From the NCBI GenBank assembly GCA_027327295.1, contig DAHWAI010000015.1, positions 1 to 37,128 of the forward strand: a stretch of DNA of 37,128 nucleotides. Direction: 5' to 3'. The first letter of the stretch is position 1. The number at the start of each line of letters is the position of its first letter. The position numbers and the translations under genes were made by a program. Shown piece after piece: positions 32,399-37,128 of the stretch. Source of the stretch: Candidatus Micrarchaeota archaeon (GTDB lineage Archaea; Micrarchaeota; Micrarchaeia; Micrarchaeales; Micrarchaeaceae). The notes under the pieces are model-generated. The model ran no database searches, was not told where the DNA came from, and worked only from the letters and a program-made list of their open reading frames with translations.

Positions 32399-33109
32399 CT
32401 ATACGCCGAAGAGGGCCAGGAAGCCCAGGAGGTTGACCAATATGTGCGCCAACATGCCAACGTACAACGATCCTGTGCGCCTGTAGGCGTAGCCTGCCAT
32501 CAGGCCGAAAGCGAACGCCGCTATGAACTCTGACACGGACCAGTAGCTGAGCAGGTGCAGGAAGCCGAAGAGCAGTGCGCTCGCTATTATACCGATTCTC
32601 GGCACGAGGAAGCCCCTGAAGAGCACCTCCTCGTCGAACGGCGCGACGATCACGGCGAACGCCAGGAAGTATGCAGGCATTCCGGCGAATATGGCCGCGG
32701 TGTTAGTGGGCAGGTTTATGCCAGTTACTTCTTGGAAGATGCCGAGCGCCAGCTCGATGGCCAGCACCGCGAAGAAGAGCAGCAGGCCAATGCCCATGTT
32801 CTTAGGCGTCAGCCCTGCCCTCGAGAGGCCGAGGCTCGCCACCGCCTGCCTGAGCGTCTTTCCCTTCGCGAGCAGGTAGGAGAATGCGGCGAACATGAAG
32901 AACAGCGACAGCGCTATCGACGAGCCTATCTCGGCCGCTGTCGTGCCGATTGCGCCAGAAGTGTACAGCACCCCGAATATGACGAACGCAAGGGCTGTGG
33001 TTATGACAAGGCCAGCATAGAAAATATATTTTATACCGGGATTGCGCCTTTCAAACACATAGGAATAGGACTGCGTGGATGTTCTCGCGGCGCGGCGCCT
33101 TGGCGCCAT
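32399..33109 (-). CDS. CPBP-family intramembrane glutamic endopeptidase (CAAX protease/Abi-like)
   Basis: Motifs EEVLFRGFL, FGFLH and HILVN in TM helices. The first ATG is at 33109; the ORF-track start is TTG at 33142. Confidence 0.8.
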   Translation of the reverse strand: MAPRRRAARTSTQSYSYVFERRNPGIKYIFYAGLVITTALAFVIFGVLYTSGAIGTTAAEIGSSIALSLFFMFAAFSYLLAKGKTLRQAVASLGLSRAGLTPKNMGIGLLLFFAVLAIELALGIFQEVTGINLPTNTAAIFAGMPAYFLAFAVIVAPFDEEVLFRGFLVPRIGIIASALLFGFLHLLSYWSVSEFIAAFAFGLMAGYAYRRTGSLYVGMLAHILVNLLGFLALFGV

Positions 33110-33142
33110 CCTGCGCCTCAGCCTTCGCTTGCTCGACTGCAA

Positions 33143-33301
33143 TCATGCACCCTGCTTCTTCTGGGACTTAAATTCAGTGTAGCCGCACCTGCCGCACGAG
33201 AACCTGTCCGAGTGTTCGGCCATTCTCGAGCTGCACTTCGGGCATGCCCTGCCCGGTTTGTAGGGCTTGAACTCTTTCTTCTTTTCCTTTTTCTCCGCCA
33301 T
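33143..33301 (-). CDS. rps27ae: 30S ribosomal protein eS31 (S27ae); 52 aa, absent from the supplied ORF track
   Basis: My translation is [52 protein letters not shown], with a C-x2-C...C-x2-C zinc ribbon. It follows eS24 as in the conserved S24e-S27ae pair. Confidence 0.8.
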   Translation of the reverse strand: MAEKKEKKKEFKPYKPGRACPKCSSRMAEHSDRFSCGRCGYTEFKSQKKQGA

Positions 33302-33305
33302 TGAA

Positions 33306-33686
33306 TCACGACTCTGCTGCCTGCTCCGGTGCAGGCTGCGCCTTCTTCGGCTTCTGCTCCGCTTCCGCGGTCACCTGTTCATCGGTGCTCCCACCGGCTG
33401 GCTTCGCCGCCTTCTTCTTTTCGCGCTCGATGATGTGCGCAGGCTCATTGCGCTCCAGCGCACCCTTCTCCTTGTAGGAGTGCGCGGTGCACTCGACGCG
33501 CCTGATGCCGAACCGTTGCTGCACCTTCGTCACTATGGTGCTGTCCGGGTCGAGGTTAAGCCTCTTGCACAGCTCCACCTTCACTTCGACGGTAGCCGGC
33601 GTCTTCTCCTCTCCGTCTATGTAGAACGCTATCTCGCGCCTTCCCATCAGCGCGTTCTCCTTATCGTCGGTTATCTTGAGTTCCAT
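33306..33686 (-). CDS. rps24e: 30S ribosomal protein eS24 with a low-complexity C-terminal tail
   Basis: [22 protein letters not shown]...KTP....V...L...L......IV.K....FG matches the eS24 pattern. The tail is [10 protein letters not shown]...[15 protein letters not shown]. Confidence 0.85.
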   Translation of the reverse strand: MELKITDDKENALMGRREIAFYIDGEEKTPATVEVKVELCKRLNLDPDSTIVTKVQQRFGIRRVECTAHSYKEKGALERNEPAHIIEREKKKAAKPAGGSTDEQVTAEAEQKPKKAQPAPEQAAES

Positions 33687-33696
33687 CTGACCACCA

Positions 33697-34107
33697 TCAC
33701 TCCCCGGCGCCTATCGTGCGCGATATTGCACGGCGACCCATCGCCTCGAGCACCTCGACTTCCGCGCCGGCATTGACCTTGCCCGAAAGCTCCTCAGGTA
33801 TGGGCAGATCGAATACCTCATAAGTTTCCGGGTCCATAAGCTGCGCAGTCTGTCCGTTCACAGAAACGACCTGCGCCCGCTTCTTCTTTATCACGGGCAC
33901 CTCGGCGTCACCGTGGCTCGTGTTTAGCAGCGTCTTCTTCTGTCCGTCAAATATACCTATTGCGGTGACGCGCATCTTCGCCGAGCCGTGCTTGCCCGGG
34001 GAGCTGGTCTCTATGTCGACGACCTTGCAGGGTATGCCGTCAATTACTACGTAGCGGCCGATCCGCACGTCCTTCATCGTCATCTTCATTACGTCTTCTT
34101 CAGTCAT
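33697..34107 (-). CDS. eif5a: translation initiation factor 5A (aIF5A)
   Basis: The hypusination loop TSSPGKHGSAKMRV and the 136-aa length are typical. Confidence 0.9.
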   Translation of the reverse strand: MTEEDVMKMTMKDVRIGRYVVIDGIPCKVVDIETSSPGKHGSAKMRVTAIGIFDGQKKTLLNTSHGDAEVPVIKKKRAQVVSVNGQTAQLMDPETYEVFDLPIPEELSGKVNAGAEVEVLEAMGRRAISRTIGAGE

Positions 34108-34241
34108 GATAAAACACCGCTGTCTGTACTAGAGGATAGAGCACCCTAGATTCTAGAGCAGAACCGCAGAGATAGTTGGTGCGCAAAGATATAAAAGTGC
34201 ACAGGCTGTAAGGCCCGTGCATCTGTGCGCGCCTCTCGCTC

Positions 34242-35267
34242 TTAATAGATATGACCTATCCCGGCAAGAAATTCTGCGTTCGCCATGGAAACGCTCGCTG
34301 CCACGCGTGGTGCCTCGCTGAACTTGGGGGTCACGCCAGTGACTATAGACATGACGCGTATCTGGTCGTTCATGTCGGGCGTCAGCCTGGCACCGAAGAT
34401 CACGTTGGCCTTCGGGTCCAGGTTTTCAGTTACCCGGGCGCCTATGGTCGTCGCCTCTTCTATTGTCATGGACTGGCTGCCTGACACATGCACCATCGCG
34501 CTCTTCCCTGAGGACATGTCCACATCGAGCAATGGGTGTGTGAGCGTGCTCTTGACTGCCTTCGCCACCCTGTCCTGACCTGAGCCGAAGCCCAGGTTTA
34601 TCACCGCGGTGCCGCCGTCCCTCAGAACTGTGCGCACGTCGGCGAAGTCGAGGTTTATCAGGCTCGGCATCATGACCGTGTCTGATATGCCCTTGATGGC
34701 GTTGGTCGCTATGTTGTCGACCAGCTCGAAGGCCTTTTCTATCGGCAGGTTCGGTGCGTAGCTCAGCAGCCTTTCGTTCTCTATCAGTATGGTGGTGTCT
34801 GCGTTCTTGCGCAGCTGTTCTAGCGACCAGTCGGCCTTGGTGCGTCTGCTGCGCTCCAGCGCGAATGGGTATGTAACGAATGCGACTACGAGCGAGCCCT
34901 GTTCCTTGGCGAGCTTCGCCACTATGGGTGCAGCGCCCCCTCCAGTGCCTCCGCCCATGCCTGCGCTTATGAACACCATGTCGTAGCCGCTTATCGCGTC
35001 CATGATCTCAGTCTGGCTCGCCTCGGCGCACTTCATTCCCACTTCTGGGAAGCCGCCTGCGCCCAGGCCCCGCGTTATCTCCTTGCCTATGAGCAGTTTC
35101 TTGTCAGCGTGAATCATGTTGAGGTGTTTCACGTCCGTGTTTATTGCTATTGTGGGAGCCTTCGCGCCAATGCCATAAAGCCTGTTGACCTGGTTGCTTC
35201 CGCCGCCTCCTACGCCGACTACCGCCAGCTTCGCTACGAATTCGTCTTCGAGTCCTCTGTCCACCAT
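34242..35267 (-). CDS. ftsZ: FtsZ-family tubulin-like GTPase (downstream paralog)
   Basis: VVGVGGGGSNQVNRL, tubulin signature GMGGGTGGG (Gly where FtsZ usually has Thr/Ser), and an intact T7 loop NLDFADV. Confidence 0.9.
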   Translation of the reverse strand: MVDRGLEDEFVAKLAVVGVGGGGSNQVNRLYGIGAKAPTIAINTDVKHLNMIHADKKLLIGKEITRGLGAGGFPEVGMKCAEASQTEIMDAISGYDMVFISAGMGGGTGGGAAPIVAKLAKEQGSLVVAFVTYPFALERSRRTKADWSLEQLRKNADTTILIENERLLSYAPNLPIEKAFELVDNIATNAIKGISDTVMMPSLINLDFADVRTVLRDGGTAVINLGFGSGQDRVAKAVKSTLTHPLLDVDMSSGKSAMVHVSGSQSMTIEEATTIGARVTENLDPKANVIFGARLTPDMNDQIRVMSIVTGVTPKFSEAPRVAASVSMANAEFLAGIGHIY

Positions 35268-35300
35268 TTGGTCACCTGAGCGTGATTGTTATTGGCCTGG

Positions 35301-36377
35301 TCAGCCTATGATTTCGAGGTCGCTGTACGGGTTGCGTTGCTTCTCCTCGAACTTGCCTACTATGCTCGAGCCCTTGACCCCGGTAACGATGGCCACTATC
35401 TCTATCTGGTCGTCGTAGCCTGGTATGAGCCTGGCGCCCCACTTGACGTTGGCCTTCGGGTCCATGCGGTCGGTTATTATCTCGCCGGCCTTGATTGCGT
35501 CGCCTATCGTGAGCGCCGCCCCGCCCGAGATGTGTATGAGCGCGCCCTTCGCGTTCTCGTAGTCGACGTCCAAGAGCTTGTTCTTGAGCACACTCTCCGC
35601 AGCGTTGCCCACCTTGTCAGGGCCCTTCCCGTTGCCCACGGCGATGAAGCCGACCTGGCCGTTGCCCATTATGCTGCGCACGTCGGCGAAGTCTATGTTG
35701 ATCATGCTTGGCTGGGTTATAGTCCATACGAGCCCTCCAATAGCTTTGGCAAGGACTTCGTCCGCCATCGCGAACGCATCGTTCATTGGTAGGTTCGGCA
35801 CCAGCTTGACGAGCCTGTTGTTGTCCAGGATTATCACGCTGTCGCTGAACTGCCTTAACTTCTGTATGCCCTCCTCGGCCTTGACCTTCCTGAGCCTCTC
35901 CAAGTCGAACGGGTACGTAACCATGGCCACGACTATCGCGCCCTGCTCCTTGGCTATCTGTGCGGCCACGGGCATTATTCCCGTGCCTGTGCCGCCGCCC
36001 TCTCCGGCACACAGGAAGACGAGCTGCGCACCCTCGAAGGCCTTCTCTAGCGCCGGCCTGTCGACCTCTGCGCATTTTGCGCCTACGGTCGGGTCGCCGC
36101 CTGCGCCCAGTCCGCGCGTTATGCTCTTTCCGACGAGAATCTTCTGTATCCTGTCGTCGAGAATCTTGAAGTGCTGGTAATCCGTGTTGATTGCGACGAA
36201 CTCGGTGCCTTTGACACCAGTCTTCACGAGCCTGTTGATCGTGTTGCCTCCGCCGCCACCTATGCCTGCCGTCACGATTTTTATCTGCGCAGAGCCCAAC
36301 TGCTCGTCGGCGTTGGTATTACTGGTGCTGGTGCTACCACCTAGGATGTCGTTCACAAGGTCGCTCATGAAGATCAC
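35301..36377 (-). CDS. ftsZ: FtsZ-family tubulin-like GTPase (upstream paralog)
   Basis: TAGIGGGGGNTINRL, signature GEGGGTGTG, and an intact T7 loop NIDFADV. The start is at ATG 36377 or 36368. Confidence 0.9.
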   Translation of the reverse strand: MIFMSDLVNDILGGSTSTSNTNADEQLGSAQIKIVTAGIGGGGGNTINRLVKTGVKGTEFVAINTDYQHFKILDDRIQKILVGKSITRGLGAGGDPTVGAKCAEVDRPALEKAFEGAQLVFLCAGEGGGTGTGIMPVAAQIAKEQGAIVVAMVTYPFDLERLRKVKAEEGIQKLRQFSDSVIILDNNRLVKLVPNLPMNDAFAMADEVLAKAIGGLVWTITQPSMINIDFADVRSIMGNGQVGFIAVGNGKGPDKVGNAAESVLKNKLLDVDYENAKGALIHISGGAALTIGDAIKAGEIITDRMDPKANVKWGARLIPGYDDQIEIVAIVTGVKGSSIVGKFEEKQRNPYSDLEIIG

Positions 36378-36562
36378 TTGGTCAAGATAAATTTATCTAG
36401 GAACGCTTAAAAGCCTTTTGCAAATCGGCACGTTAATTGTAGTGCTGGGCACAGGCGCGGTCAACCGTGTTTCAGAGCGGAAGAAGCAGTTTACCAAGGT
36501 ACTCAAACATAGCCAACATGGATGTTATTATGAAGGCTAATAAACTTTCATGTAGTTTGATA

Positions 36563-37128
36563 TCAGCCAGCGGTCGAGTTGAGCGTGTACATCCCGAGCA
36601 ATGAGATGCCCGACCTGTCCATCAGCACATGGAGTGAGACTGGCGCGCCCGACGCACTATAGTTTATGAGCCATGTGTCGTTGAACTGCCTTGCGAGCGG
36701 CGTAGCGCTGGCGTTCAAGATAGTATAGAGCCTGGCGTGAACGACCACGTCGTTCATGTGGGCGCCGATGTAATCGAGGATTGTTGAATTACCGAAGTCG
36801 TAGGCGCGCGTTATTGCGACTGGCGCAGCGCTTATCACATAGCTAGGCGCGTTGGCCAGACCGTACACCTTGCAGCCGCTGGTGTAGAGGTCCTCGACGC
36901 TCGGGACCAGCGTAACCGCAGGATAGTCGAACTGCTCGATGAGGAACGTAGGGCATGGAGTGGTGGCGTTGGATACGACGCTGACTACTACGTCCCAGCT
37001 ACCGGCCTTGAGCGTCGAGCTGGTCACATTTATGATAGTTATGTCGGCGACGGGGCTGCTCTGCCTCAAATCGTTGAGTACGAACTGCTCCGCCTGCGCC
37101 TGCGTGACGCTCTGACCCTGTGCTCCGC
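36563..37128 (-). CDS. secreted sequon-rich protein, 5'-truncated by the window edge
   Basis: The frame stays open from 37069 to the window end (…GAQGQSVTQAQAEQFVLNDLRQSS…). Multiple N-x-S/T sites are present (NVT, NAT, NST, NAS, NDT, NYS). No recognised family. Confidence 0.45.
   Translation of the reverse strand, partial: GAQGQSVTQAQAEQFVLNDLRQSSPVADITIINVTSSTLKAGSWDVVVSVVSNATTPCPTFLIEQFDYPAVTLVPSVEDLYTSGCKVYGLANAPSYVISAAPVAITRAYDFGNSTILDYIGAHMNDVVVHARLYTILNASATPLARQFNDTWLINYSASGAPVSLHVLMDRSGISLLGMYTLNSTAG

Noticed and set aside
32555-33304. 249-aa plus-strand ORF
   Set aside because: It is entirely antisense to the CPBP protease and eS31 genes. The sequence is Arg/Glu/His-rich low complexity with no motifs. 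This is a typical shadow ORF in GC-rich coding DNA.
33118-33309. 63-aa minus-strand ORF from the track
   Set aside because: It is an Arg/Ser-rich nonsense translation. The eS31 zinc-ribbon gene occupies a different minus-strand frame of the same DNA.
1-37128. CRISPR arrays, IS elements, rRNA genes, inteins
   Set aside because: I saw no regularly spaced repeats of 24 nt or more, no transposase-like ORFs and no rRNA-like stretches. LysRS, GluRS, CopA and the FtsZ proteins have normal lengths without insertions.

Overview
This is an archaeal chromosomal segment. The evidence is archaeal-type ribosomal proteins (eS24, eS31), aIF5A, aSUI1, Spt4 and Rpo7, fibrillarin, CDP-archaeol synthase, class I LysRS, aTrm56, and SepF with FtsZ. 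Genes are densely packed and most lie on the minus strand. My hand counts of single 60-nt lines give roughly 55-63% GC for the backbone.

Most of the window is housekeeping:
- Translation: uL29-SUI1, uS13-uS4-uS11, eS24-eS31, aIF5A, LysRS, GluRS, tRNA-Lys and tRNA-Asn.
- RNA modification: Trm56, fibrillarin and a TrmJ-like SpoU enzyme.
- Transcription: a PIN-Rpo7-Spt4 operon.
- Cell division: SepF and two tandem FtsZ paralogs.
- Transporters: an NRAMP, a DMT/EamA protein and an APC permease.

Four regions stand out:
1. 14.5-21.2 kb holds a soluble GAF-PAS histidine kinase and a wHTH-REC response regulator. The regulator's C-terminal domain looks like a degenerate GGDEF/nucleotidyl-cyclase domain (NSDEF), and the gene sits in an apparent operon with a class-III-signal (type IV pilin-like) protein and sequon-rich surface proteins.
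2. 10.3-14.4 kb is a low-GC island (about 40-45%) bracketed by tRNA-Lys and tRNA-Asn. It carries a TRASH-fused Cu(I) P1B-ATPase, an APC permease and a standalone TRASH protein.
3. The NRAMP homolog has the NRMT-type (Mg2+-transporter-like) substitution pattern in its metal site.
4. tRNA-Lys(UUU) lies 33 nt upstream of lysK on the same strand, and a 255-nt structured non-coding region precedes the S13-S4-S11 operon.

I saw no rRNA, CRISPR array, IS element or integrase. Functions are inferred by eye from motifs in the translated ORFs, and no database search was possible.
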